DNA from: Octopus vulgaris
Taxonomy: Eukaryota
Assembly (NCBI GenBank): GCA_951406725.2
Contig: OX597817.1
Location: forward strand, 162,130,001 to 162,194,000
Direction of reading: 5' to 3'
Length of the DNA stretch: 64,000 nt
The notes beneath the pieces are model-generated. The model was not told where the DNA came from, made no database searches, and saw only the letters and a list, made by a program, of their open reading frames with translations. This document shows positions 42,646 through 55,155 of this stretch, in pieces. How positions within the stretch are numbered: position 1 is the stretch's first letter; every line of letters starts with the position of its first letter. The position numbers and the translations under genes were made by a program.

Positions 42646-43607
42646 CATATATACGACGGGCTTCTTTCAGTTTCCGTCTACCAAATCCACTCACAAGGCT
42701 TTGGTCGGCCCGAGGCTATAATAGAAGACACTTGCCCAAGGTGCCACGCAGTGGGACTGAACCCGGAACCATGTGGTTGGTAAGTAAGCTACTTACCACA
42801 CATATATATATAATTTTTTTTTTATTTTTGTTTTAAATATATAACTTATAACTAGATCTCAAAAAGTATAAAATGAATGATAAATATATAATATAATATG
42901 TAAAAACACTACGTAAATTTCCTGGCTACAATAAAATTCGAATTACAATTAAGTTTAAATTCAATTGAAATAAATTCGATTTAAAATTATAGTCAATCTG
43001 ATAATAGTTAAATAAATAAACAAATAGAGTTAAACAATATTTATTTAAGAAATAAAGAAATAATAATAATTTTTCTTATAGAAAAAACTCCATTAACTAA
43101 ATAATAAACTTAAACCATTAGGATTATTTCCTACAAGACATTTATTGTGTTAAATATTTAATTTTTAATTTTTAAGGTAAAAAAAATAGATAGAAATATG
43201 TAATTTATCTATGAAGATATAATATGGCTTTATAAAAACATAATAAACTCTTGAATATCTTTGACTCAGTTTTACTCCAATATTTAATTACCAAATTATT
43301 TAACAAAATAATCACTATTAATATTTTTAGATTTAAGTTCACATCTAATAATTATAAAATAATAAATACATAAAAATAAGTATCTAAATTATAATCAACA
43401 AATATAGTAATTAATAATCTAAAATTTTCTCTATCAATAAATATATATATATATACTGTTTATTTATGTATTGGTTTATGTCTATCACTGTTTGAGTTGC
43501 ATAATAGTGGTTTTATCTCTAATTTATATTTTATATATTTATACTGTGAAATTTGATTTAATACTAAATTGAATTTCTCCCTGTAAGTTTGGAGTTATAC
43601 TCCCTAA

Positions 43608-43665
<58 letters not shown>

Positions 43666-44217
43666 TATATACGACGGGCTTCTTTCAGTTTCTGCCTGTC
43701 AAATATACTCACAAGGCTTTACTCGACCCAAGGCTAAAATAGAAGACACTTGCCCAAGGTGCCACGCAATGGGACTGAACCCGGCTCCTTGTGGTTATGA
43801 AGCAAGCTTCTTACCACGCAGCTATATCTGCGCCTATATTTGATTATATCAAGGCGGTGAGCCGGCAGAAATTTTAGCGCGCCGTTCTGAGATCAAATTC
43901 TGCCGAGGTCGAGTTTGTGTGTCATCCTTTCGAGGTCAATAAATTAAGTACCAGTTGCATACTGGGGTTGATCTAATCGACTCGCCCCCCCTCCTCAAAA
44001 ATTTCAAGCCTTGTGCCTAGAGGAGAAAAGTATATTTGATTATATTTCTACAATACACAAAACATTTTAACATTTTTTTAAAAATACAATTCCTAATAGT
44101 ATTTAATTATAAAAATACAATAGGTTTTTGTTTAAACATTGAATGGCTATAGGGATCCACTCAAAAGAAATATGAATCGAAGGTGTCCAGCAGAATAAAA
44201 TGGTGGAAAAACCACTG
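41913..44217. mobile_element. hAT-type non-autonomous element inflated by nested insertions
   Basis: TIRs CAGTTGTTCTCAACC / GGTGGAAAAACCACTG; exact 8-bp TSD CACTAATC at 41905 and 44218. Confidence 0.8.
42393..42800 (-). mobile_element. SINE family A (young), nested
   Basis: Consensus match. Confidence 0.85.
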
Positions 44218-44503
44218 CACTAATCACTGATCAATATTTTAGTAATGCTTTCATTGCACTGTTTTCTAAGAAAATGTTCAACACCATTTCTTTCTGAAAT
44301 CATCACTAATGACAAAATTCAACAAAGTCTTTCCATGCCGCCACAGGCATAGGGCGTGGCTGTGTGGTAAGAACCTTGCTTCTCAACAACATAGTTTGAA
44401 GTTCAGTCCCATCGTGTGGTACTTTGGGCAAATGTCTTTGACTATAATCCAGGCCGACCAAAGCCTTGTGAGTGGATTTGGTTGACGAAACCGAAAGAAA
44501 CTC

Positions 44504-44571
<68 letters not shown>

Positions 44572-44803
44572 TAGTATTTTCAAACAAGAATACTATTGAA
44601 AGTGACTGCAAAGCTGCAACCATTTAAGCCATTGACCAATTGCAAGGCTTTTAAGTTAACCTTGGTTCAAACCCACCCAACTAAGGAAGATTTTAATGCA
44701 GCAGAAACTGTATAAAGCCATGATTAACATTGCAGTCCAACGATGACTTAACTGGCAGAAACTTCGAAATCACTATCAACAGTATTCTTGTATAAGTTCA
44801 ACA

Positions 44804-45084
44804 GGTGGAGGCGCAATGGCCCAGTGGTTAGGGCAGCGGACTCGCGGTCATAGGATCGCGGTTTCGATTCCCAGACCGGGCGTTGTGAGTGTTTCTGTTG
44901 TACCTGTATTTCAAAGGGCCGGCCTTGTCACTCTCTGTGTCACGCTGAATATCCCCGAGAACTACGTTAAGGGTACACGTGTCTGTGGAGTGCTCAGCCA
45001 CTTACACGTTAATTTCACGAGCAGGCTGTTCCGTTGATTCGGATCAACCGGAACCCTCATCGTCGTAACCGACGGAGTGCTTCC
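44804..45084 (+). mobile_element. SINE family C (tail 1) with internal deletion
   Basis: 13-bp TSD TATAAGTTCAACA; body deleted between two TGTTT microhomologies relative to the 9861 copy. Confidence 0.85.
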
Positions 45085-46198
45085 CTATAAGTTCAACATA
45101 ATAAATTTATACTCTACAAAAGTGTAGAGTAACCCATGAGATTTATGTAAAATTGCTTTTATTATAACAGAACATAAAAACAAACATTAATGTGTGTGTG
45201 TGTGTGTGGAGACACATGTGAGAGATGAAGAATCGCTCGAAGAAGAAATGGTTAAATACTGGAGTCTCAACAGGGAGATCAGAAGTGTCAGGCACGACAA
45301 CATGGGAGTCAATAACTGAAAAACATAGGCACGGATGTGAACAAAGCTTTTAATTCTGGTGTAGGTCATGGAGTTAGTAAGATGTATGAGTGCGTGCATG
45401 TACTATATATTATAGATAAGCACGCTTGTATGCATGCACATGTGCGCTTACATACATACATATATGCATGTATGTGCGTGTATCTTAATAGTAGTTAAAA
45501 TAAATCTATTCTGTCTTAACTTCCTTCCGGCTGTAGAGTGTTTGTGCTGAAGATAACCGGGTGGACTAACATCATTATAGTACAAGATGTTTCAGTTTCA
45601 TTAGTTTTTTCTTCTTAATACATGTACACAAAGGAACTGATGTCATTTCCGTTCGAAGCCTACCACATTTATTCCCTGAAGGAATACACAATCAAACGCC
45701 ATGCTTTGAGTACATCGCCAGTAAACCTACTACACTATTACCATTATATTCCTTATTATTTTTATTATTATTAATGACATGGAAGGCAACAGATACATAC
45801 ACACACTGACACATACACACACTTAGCTTTTGTGTTTGTGTCTGTTCCTATCATCACTGCTTAGCAACCGGTGATGGTTTGTTTACGCTTCTGTCACTTA
45901 GCAATTGGGCAACAGAGTCGATTCAATTCCTTTATTCTACATTATTTTACTTATTTCAGTCATTTAACTGCAGCCAGACTGGAGCACTGCCTTTAGTCAA
46001 AGAAATTGACCCCAGAACTTATTCTTTGGAAGCCTATACTTATTCTATCGGTCGCTTTTGCCGAACTGCTAAGTTACAACGACATAAACACACCTACATC
46101 GGTTGTCAAGTGGGGCAACAAATACAGACACACAAATATATACATACATACATTCATATATATACACCTACACACACACACACATATATATGTATACA

Positions 46199-46665
46199 TC
46201 TTTTATCTTTTATGGGTTTCAGCCAGAGGCTGAGGCCATGCTGGTGCACCGCCTTTACTGCGTCTGGAGATTTTTCCAGTATTGCTTCTGGTGAAGTAGC
46301 GAGTTGGATGTTGTCGCTTTTCTTTGTGCCTCCTGCCATGATGTGGGTTCATCTGGAATTGCAGATAAAAAGCTGACTAGACGTTTTTTGAAGACCTCCA
46401 TGTCTACACTGATCTTCTGTGGTAGGGCATTAAGAAGTTGTGGTCCCTTGAATCCCAGGTTATTACAATATTGGGTTCATATCCTCGATGGAGAACATGA
46501 GGCCTGTGGTACTGTGTGGTGCAGTCCAGGTCGGGGATTGTTGTAGATTTTAATTCCAAAATTTGGAGCCAGACCCTCCATTATTTTCCACATGTATAGC
46601 ACTGCATATCTCTCACGTCTCCTATCCAGAGAGTAGAGTTCCAGTTCCTGCAATCTCTGTCAGTA
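46199..46665 (-). mobile_element. CR1-group LINE 3' end (ORF2 C-terminus plus 3' UTR)
   Basis: Minus translation RLQELELYSLDRRRERYAVLYMWKIMEGLAPN...GPQLLNALP...FKKRL..FLSAIPDEP...SNSLLHQ; tail GGCGGTGCACCAGCATGGCC...GAAAC(ATAAAAG)n. Confidence 0.85.
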
Positions 46666-46825
46666 ACCTATGTGTTTTACTGAGTCTATCTTCTTTGTGA
46701 AGTGGCGTTGAATCGCTTCTAGTTCCGCAATTAGTTTTACACTCTGTAGGGACCACAGTTGGGCCAGTAGTCCAGACGACTGAGAAAAAAGGTTTACCAA
46801 AGCTGAAGCATTGTGTCTCATTGTG

Positions 46826-46904
<79 letters not shown>

Positions 46905-47566
46905 TATATGGGTACAGGACCTTACCTACAGTAAACAACATGAAATACGACAACAAATGAGTCCAATTCACAAACAGTGAGAGAAACAAACGCTGGAGGA
47001 ATATTTTCTTTGAAAAGAGAAAAGATTGAAGAGAGAGATAGAATACGTCCAGTCCTTGGGACAGTCTTGAAGCAAAAGATGATCACGCGAGGAAAAGAAA
47101 GCTGGACGACGGTCACGTGTGAGCAACGAGAGAGAGAGAGAGAGAAAAGAGAAAGGAGATAGTGAGAGACAGCTAGAAAAGGATGAAGGGAAGAAAAATA
47201 TGGGGGGTGGGGAAACAGTATAGAGTCGCATCAAAAAGATTAAGATAAACTTACTTGTGTTTGTGTGTGTGTGTGTAAAAGGTTGAAAAGGAGCACACGA
47301 GTTGATTTGTATAAGGAAAATAAGACAAGGTAGAAAATGCTAAAATAAATTATCATGAAGAACATTTTAGTACCGGTTTCAGTCTTTAGGACATTCACAA
47401 CTTAGAGTAAATATACATACATACATACATATATATACATATATACATACATACATACATATATATACACATACATATACATATACATACATATATATAC
47501 ACATACATATATACATATACATACACGCGCGCGCGCACGCACACACACAAATCACTCGCATCTCAT

Positions 47567-47858
47567 AAAAACAATACGACACAATTATTTCACTTCAATT
47601 GGCTCCCGCTTCCTTTAACATTACACCGAAACTCATTAAAGCAGAAACATACCCTATAGAGTTGAAGAAGCCTTTGGACAAATTCCTTTAAGAGTTCCTG
47701 GATAAACCTCCTACTTCTGGATGTATTTCCGCAAACGATAACTCTCTATTCGAGAGGGGCATGCTGTCCAATTCCTAATATAAATGACGTCAGCAGACGG
47801 TGCTACTAAGTTAGACATGGCCTGGGCCAATAATGGCTGAAACCTATCGAAGTAAATA
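47567..47858 (+). mobile_element. Second CR1-group LINE 3' end (different family)
   Basis: KTIRHNYFTSIG..FNITPKLIK...LDKFL..DKPP..G..SANDNSL; tail CATGGCCTGGGCCAATAATGGCTGAAACC. Confidence 0.65.
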
Positions 47859-47867
47859 TCAAATATA

Positions 47868-47952
<85 letters not shown>

Positions 47953-48008
47953 ACCATGATTGACTGCTAGATGCACAAGCTTTTTTCTTATTCTCTCTGT
48001 TTATTTTC

Positions 48009-48044
48009 CTTTCTGTTGAAGAGCGAAGGCTCGAAACGTAAAAG
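48009..48044 (+). ncRNA. Minimal type I hammerhead-like motif, CUGUUGA core variant
   Basis: CTTT-CTGTTGA-A-GAGC-GAAG-GCTC-GAAAC-GTA-AAAG within a Penelope-like terminal fragment (about 47950-48075). Confidence 0.55.
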
Positions 48045-48101
48045 ACCTTCTCACCTTCCCGAGCGTCAATCTAATGACTGAAACAAGTAAAAGAGTAAAG
48101 A

Positions 48102-48147
<46 letters not shown>

Positions 48148-48166
48148 TGATATATATATATATATC

Positions 48167-48867
48167 AGTCATCAGCGTCACTCGGGCTGATCATAGATTT
48201 CGTCATTCGGGTTCATCATAGATTTCACCTAAGACATGCTTGCCCGAAGAATTTCGCGTTTCTCCGTTTTATTTCTAGCCTCAAATAGCTGGGGTTTTTT
48301 TATTTTTTATACATCTAGCACTGTCTTCCTCAATTTCTAAGTTAAGGGTAAAAATAAAGCAACTCTGCAAAATACAACTGATCTTTACACAGACGCACAG
48401 TTAGTCTTTTACACCCACCAGGCTAATTTGTATCAGGCCGAATTACTGGATAATTTTTCGTTCCTTTAGGAATATTGCAGAACGGAAACTTTTAGTACAT
48501 TGGAATTTAAATCCTAATTTATTGTCTCAAGAATTGAATTTGAATTACTTTTAATTTTTATGATTATAGTTAACAACTCGGGCTGTAACTTCTGAGCCCG
48601 AGTCAGGCGCGTGTGAACGATGTCGAGAGAACGTCTGCTAAGAATGATATTTTTTGACACAGAGCACCTCTAAGACAACCGCCAGACGCCGAAGGAAAAT
48701 AAATGAACTGCGACCAGGCTCAATAAAGGGAGCTCGAGTTATTGGCTGCAGTTATATACTTGAAGCCAGTGTTGGCAGAAATTAAATCAGCTTCAAAATA
48801 CACGTTCACTTTACTAAATTTATACTCGGGCTAAGACCGAACAGCACGAGTGCCGGAGTCGTCACTA
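48167..48867. mobile_element. Probable non-autonomous DNA transposon
   Basis: Imperfect inverted ends (CACTCGGGCTG / CAGCACGAGTG) and a recurring ACTCGGGCT motif in both orientations; TA-rich flanks. Confidence 0.4.
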
Positions 48868-49044
48868 ATATATATATATATACATATACAGTCGTAGTTG
48901 TGTGGTAAGAAGCTCGCTTCCCAACCACGTAGTTCCGGGTTCAGTCCCACTGCGTAGCACCATAGACAAGTGTTTTTCTACTATAGCCTCGAGCTTTGTG
49001 AGAAGATTTGGTTGACAGAAACTGAAAGAAGCCTGTCGTATATA

Positions 49045-52000
49045 CTCTTGGATTCCAAATAATAGGGGGTGGTGTGGAATAAGCAGGTAGGTTGGACATT
49101 TACTAAAATTCATATAAGCGGCTGGGTTGGAATAATCGGGGTGGGGTGGAAATTCGGAAATTGTATAGTGGTAACTGTATAAAATTTAAAAATTTTCTAG
49201 ATTGTCTCCCTCGACTTTTTAAAAATCGAGTTATTTACTCTCGAGTCCAAAATAATAGTGGGTTTTGGAATAAGCGGGTTGGTTGGAAATTTGCTTAAAT
49301 TCATATAAGGGGGTAACTATATAGTGTATGTACGAAAATTAGTGGGGAAAAGCATCTTAAAGCACATATAGCGACACTACGAGGCAAGTGAAATTAGCTT
49401 ATATACGTGTGCTTGGAACGTTCACTTTAGTTAAGATAATAAAAATAAGACATTTGATAATTATGGTATTTTTTTTAAAATGCTGTGGACAAAACAGATA
49501 TTTATACAAGCAACACCTCTTAAAAAGAAAGTAAAACACAATGAAAAGAGTATAATTACCTATTTCTTTATTACCCACAAGGGGCTAAACACAGAGGGGA
49601 CAAACAAGGACAAACATAGGTATTAAGTCGATTACATCGACCCAGTGCGTAACTGGTACTTAATTTATCGACCCCGAAAGGATGAAAGGCAAAGTCGACC
49701 TCGGCGGAATTTGAACTCACAACGTAACGCAGACGAAATACCGCTAAGCATTTCGCCCGGCGCGCTAACGTTTCTGCCTATTACCGTTTCGTGAACTTGC
49801 GTATTTATTACACTATACATAATAAAACATAGCATTCTGTAGATATAAACGATAGACGAGTGATTTTTCGTCAATGTCCTTCTGCAGGTTTATCGGTTTT
49901 GATATTCGCTTCTTTACGGATCACCGAGCTTCACTGACAGTTGACATGAATTTGCTTCAGTATGGCAATGAAAGTGTAAAGGTCTTGTTTTCATCCAACA
50001 CCTGTATTTTTTCAAGGAATAAGGCATCTTTATTGACCTGATCATTACTGTTGATTCCTAGAAGAGAGATAGAGCTTCCCGTCATCATGTTTGGCCGACT
50101 GTGCTTTGGCTCCTGAGAAACCTCCATGGGGATGTTTCCAAATGGGTCAATCACCTCCAAAAGATTCCTGGATGGCTTGCTTTCATCTTCTGATTCACTT
50201 TCGGCAGCTTTTTCTTCAATGCCGTCACCATCAAATAGTTGTGAGCCTTCAATATTGTTTGCACGCTTGACCCCTTTCGATGGAATTAAGTTTTTAATAA
50301 CTCTCTTAATAGTATTTGGACAGGGTTTTGACATCATCTCTAGACGAAACTCTCGCATCGACGGACCGACAAGGTGCATGATTCGGTCAGACACCTTATA
50401 ATCTTCAGAGCCATCAAAAACGTTTCTGGCCTACACTTGAAATCAGCTTCGACATCAATCTTGCAATCTGCATGTACTTGATGTAGCATCTGCATCATCT
50501 CGGATCGATTGGGCGTGGATATTTTATTCGGAGTTTGAACTAACTTTTCTAGCATCTTTGCTTTCTCTATTTCGCGATATTTTGCTTTCAGTTGTTTGTG
50601 CAAGTGCGTGTGGTTAACTTAAATAAGTCCGATGATACCTATTTCTTTACTGCCCACAAGGGACTAAACACAGAGAGGACAAACAAGAACAGACAAACGG
50701 ATTAAGTCGATTATATCGACCAGTGCGTAACTGGTACTTATTTAATCGACCCCGAGAGGATGAAAGGCAAAGTCGACCTCGGCGGATTTGAACTCAGAAT
50801 GTAGCGGCAGACGAAATACCACAAAGCATTTCGCCCGGTGTGCTAACGTTTCTGCCAGCTGGCCGCCTTAAGTGATATCACTGCTGATGATAACTAGCAC
50901 ATAACCCATTTTCCAGAGGTCTCTCATCTCCGGCATCAAATGCACCTTGTAATCATCGAGCACATAAATGACAAAGTTTGCATTTGAAAGCATATTGAAT
51001 TGGTTTGGCAGGTTTTCAATAGAACAGAGCGACTATTCTAATCTATAAGAACCTTTAGGAGACCATTAATATTTCATTGTAGGCAGGACATTCAGTAGCG
51101 GTGGTCTTTTCCCAGTTCCTTTAAATACAGACTCTTGGATAAGATTGATTTTGGTATCATTGCTAACCTGGGCGAACACTCTGATACGTTCCCTAGCCAA
51201 ATGGTGGTTTTCTTTGACGAACGTATCTTGATTTCTGAATGATAAGGTAGCTTGTCCGCTACTTTCATTCCGGTGCAAGGACATTTGATCTCCATTGATA
51301 ATAGGAGAGGGTCTACGCCAAAATTCTGAAGGAAATAACGACGCACACTCCATATGTTCTTCAAATAATCCTGAATTTACTCAGCACATTGTTCTTTGGA
51401 CATTAAAATGCGTTTGTTTGGAAATTTCAGTGATACCCCATACTCTTTTTGCCAAACTTACATCCAGCTTTTTGAAATACAAAGCTTTTCCTCGGTTGGT
51501 GTGTCTGGGTGTTGGCACATTCACTCCTCATAAAATTTCTCAGCCTATAATAGGAAAAGAGCTTGTGGGAATCTCGCATTCAGCGATGTTCTAGCATCCA
51601 CAAACCATTCAAACAAGGCGTCTCTGCTTTTGTTTTACGACCTCTTCAGCGACTCTGAAACGTTTCTTTGGATTTTTTTTTCAGCGCTGTCAAGTTCGCC
51701 TTTCAGATATTTTTCATAGCAGCCTTTGGCTACTTTAACAAGTAAGAATCAAATAGTCAATCAAAGTTTTTTGACGCCGGCTAAATTCGAGTAAAACAAA
51801 CGAACTGTTTTAGCGAGATACCCCTGTTTGATGATGTCTGAGACATGACGTTTTCTTTTGGCATCCCAATGAGTTTTCCTTTTCATTCGCTCTACTTCAG
51901 AATCATACCCCTCTTAGCATTTGTTCACCACGATAGCAAGTGCTTACTTTTCTTCTACAGAATAATTTCCATACATCGCACCACGAAATACTCTTTTCTC

Positions 52001-53198
52001 TGACACGTTACGAACAAAGTTCAAAGAGAAATTACTTGAGTCGTCTTGAAGTTGTTAAATCCTTATTCCATAAAAAGTTTGTCCTGGTAAGGATAAACAG
52101 TTCGTTATTGAAAATCTTAGTTTGCGTGGAATTTGTGTTGGTGATTGGTAGAGAAATCGTAGAGAAATTAAAAATGAAAATTCGTTGACTACAGCGTGGT
52201 GTAGCAGGAAACTCACGCGTATGTTACAGACTAGGGAGTTGTCCAGCCTCAAATTTTTATAAACTCTGGCTGGTTGTAAAATATATTTTCTGACAGCAAT
52301 TTCTTTGTTTTCTACGAATCCTGAAACAGGTGTGTTGTATCTCGAAATGATCGATCTTCTTAGGGCTGATGGTTATCAATGCCTTAAAACGTTGACGGCT
52401 CACCCGCATGAAAGTTGGCTACAGATACTGTGGATAAATATTTTTCGTCCAAGCGTTATGAAAACAAATAGAACACTCTAGGTTTTTTTGTTTTGTTTTT
52501 GTCATGCTGTTTCACAATTTGTGTTAATTAAAATAATAATGAATTCCCCAGAGTTTGTTGTTTTGTAACGGGAGTCAGCTTAATCGACTTCCCCTTCCCA
52601 TTAAATTACTGGCCTTGTGCCTAAACATCGGGTAGCGTGCTTTGCAGCATAGAGTTATGGCCTGCTCCGGTTAGCTTTACCTTTCATCCCCGCGGGGTCG
52701 ATAAAATAAAGCACCAGTAACGTACTGGACCGCTTTAATCCACTTGGCACTCCCCAAAATTTGTTGGCCTTGTGCCTAAATGAAAAATCATTATTTAAAA
52801 TTTTTTGTCACCCTTGATTTGTTTTTTAAAACCAGAATTAGTTATTTACCTTATATATCCAATTAGTTTTAACATATGGTATTATTTGTAATGTTCTTTT
52901 TTGGTCATAAATGTATAATGTTTTTAACGTAAAATAAAATTATTATTAGATTCTCCAGCTGTTGTATCTATGTGAATAACTTACAATAAAATTTCACCGG
53001 AGATAGATAAGCAAAATTTAATAAGTGGGGCTGGGGTAGAATAAAAGCGGGGTAGGGGGGATCTTAAAAATTAATAAGCTGGGGAGGGTGGAAAAAATCT
53101 GAAAAATTTATAAGCAGGGGGTGGGAATCAAAGCGGGGAGGATCTGAAAAATCAATAAGCGAGTGGGGGGGGGGGGGCGATTATTCACGACCCCAGAG
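49045..53198 (-). mobile_element. ~4.1-kb pogo/Tigger-like DNA transposon, decayed
   Basis: Degenerate TIRs TA|CTCTTGGATTCCAAATAAT and ATTATTCACGACCCCAGAG|CA; subterminal AATAAGCGGG-type repeats at both ends; encloses the transposase relic. Confidence 0.65.
49957..51930 (-). pseudogene. pogo-like (CENP-B HTH + DDE_1) transposase pseudogene
   Basis: DALFEWFVDAR (HTH), IINGDQMSLHRNES, VFKGTGKR, WSPKGSYRLE, YVLDDYKVH, IGLI*VNHTHLHKQLKAKYR; stops, frameshifts and a SINE B insertion at 50640-50869. Confidence 0.8.
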
Positions 53199-53276
53199 CA
53201 TATATGTACTTGGAAAGGGATGCGTGGAGTTCGATCGTATAATAATATAAATAATATATAAATATATGCATATATA

Positions 53277-53910
53277 GGCGCAGGAGTGGCTGTGTGGTAA
53301 GTAGCTTGTTTACCAACCACATGGTACCGGGTTCAGTCCCACTGCGTGGAACCTTGGACAAGTGTCTTCTACTATAGCCTCGGGCCGATCAAAGCCTTGT
53401 GAGTGGATTTGGTAGACGGAAACTGAAAGAAGCCCGTCGTATATATGTATATGCGTGTGTGTGTTTGTGTGTCTGTGTTTGTCCCCCTAGCATTACTTGA
53501 CAACCGATGCTGGTGTGTTCATGTCCCCGTTACTTAGCGGTTCGGCAAAAGAGACCGATAGAATAAGTACTGGGCTTACAAAAGAATAAGTCCCGGGGTC
53601 GAGTTGCTCGATTAAAGGCGGTGCTCCAGCATGGCCGCAGTCAAATGACTGAAACAAGTAAAAGAGTAAGAGTATACATACATATATAGGCGCAGGAGTG
53701 GCTGTGTGGTAAGTAGCTTACTAACCAACCACATGGTTCCGGGTTATATATATGTCCTGTCACTTAGCGGTTCGGCAAAAGAGACCGATAGAATAAGTAC
53801 TGGGCTTACAAAACAATAAGTCCCGGGGTCGAGTTGCTCGACTAAAGGCGGTGCTCCAGCATGGCCGCAGTCAAATGACTGAAACAAGTAAAAGAGTAAA
53901 GAGTAAGAGT
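53277..53910 (+). mobile_element. Tandem SINE family A copies (full, then internally deleted)
   Basis: 53277-53672 full; 53689-53910 head joined to tail. Confidence 0.85.
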
Positions 53911-53959
53911 ATTCATACATATGTGTGCATACCTACATATCTAGGTATATATACATGCA

Positions 53960-54425
53960 TATATGGGTACAGGACATAAAATAACGTTGAACACAATGAG
54001 AAACGAAAACATAAAAACAAAAACATAGAAAACGAATTTTTTTTTTTAACAACGAAAAAAACTAACAGAGAAACGAAACATGCAACATAAAGAATATCCT
54101 CCTTTATCAGTTGTCCATGTTTCATCTACTCCGCGTTCCGAAGGCAAGGACAAGACTGGACTTCATTGAAACAATCCTTCCCGCAAAGAAAATTAAATAA
54201 AATTTGGGATTTTTTGCGGAGGGTGAAAGCGGTAACAAGAACAGGACGGTGAGAACAAAACAGTAAAAACAAACGGTGAGGGTTGTTAAGCCAAGACGAT
54301 AGAAAAATTATTATGAACGCTAGGAAGACGAGCTTATGAGAGGAAACAGTATAAGTACGTGTTGTCTTTAGGAAGGTAGTGGGCAGGAAGATAGATTCTC
54401 TTTCGTCACGTGTCAGCGACGAGAG
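53960..54425. mobile_element. Recurrent Penelope-like non-coding remnant
   Basis: Segments shared with 23115-23320, 27680-27850 (inverted) and 46905-47125; usually abuts (TA)n. Confidence 0.5.
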
Positions 54426-55045
54426 AGTCGAGGAGGAAGAGTGAGAGAGAGGGAATGGTGAAGAGGAAAGGAGAAGAGTAGAGAAGGATGGGAGAGAAAA
54501 CCAGAAAGGATGAAGAACAAGAAGGCGGCGAGCTGGCAGACACGTTATTTCGTCTGCCGTTACGTTCTGAGTTTAAATTCCGCCGAGGTCGACTTTACCT
54601 TTCATCCTTTCGGGGTCGATAAATTAAGTACCAGTTATGCACTGGGGTCGATGTAATCGACTTAATACGTTTGTATGTCCTTGCTTGTCCCCTCTGTGTT
54701 TAGCCCTTTGTGGGTAGTAAAGAAACATATACATGCTTCAACTCTATGTAAATATATGTGTGCGTATGTAAAAGGGGGTATGTGAATGTGTGTGTTTGTG
54801 TTTGTGTGTGTGCGTGTGCGCGCGCAGTAGAAGTGGGATGGTTCATCTTTGTTCGATTAGTATTTGGGTTTATTTTTTTGATTTGGTTGAATCTTGGCTT
54901 GTCTTTTTTTTTTGTTATTGGACAGTTATTTTTAGCGGTTTGACAGAAAAAAGTCATTCTAAAATTGTTTTTTTTTAAACTTAAACGTGCCCACACAAGT
55001 CGAATGCTTACACAGAGCAGATTTTACCGGCACATCATCCAAACC

Positions 55046-55074
55046 GACCGGGTGAAACCCGGTCTTAGCTGCTA

Positions 55075-55075
<1 letters not shown>
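55046..55075 (+). mobile_element. Helitron-like 3' terminus
   Basis: Hairpin GACCGGGT-GAA-ACCCGGTC followed 7 nt later by CTAG. Confidence 0.55.
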
Positions 55076-55108
<33 letters not shown>

Positions 55109-55116
55109 ATATATAT

Positions 55117-55155
<39 letters not shown>

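Noticed and set aside
42830-43440. Nuclear mitochondrial insertion (NUMT)
   Set aside because: AT-rich, but I recognised no rRNA, tRNA or OXPHOS motif; left as unexplained
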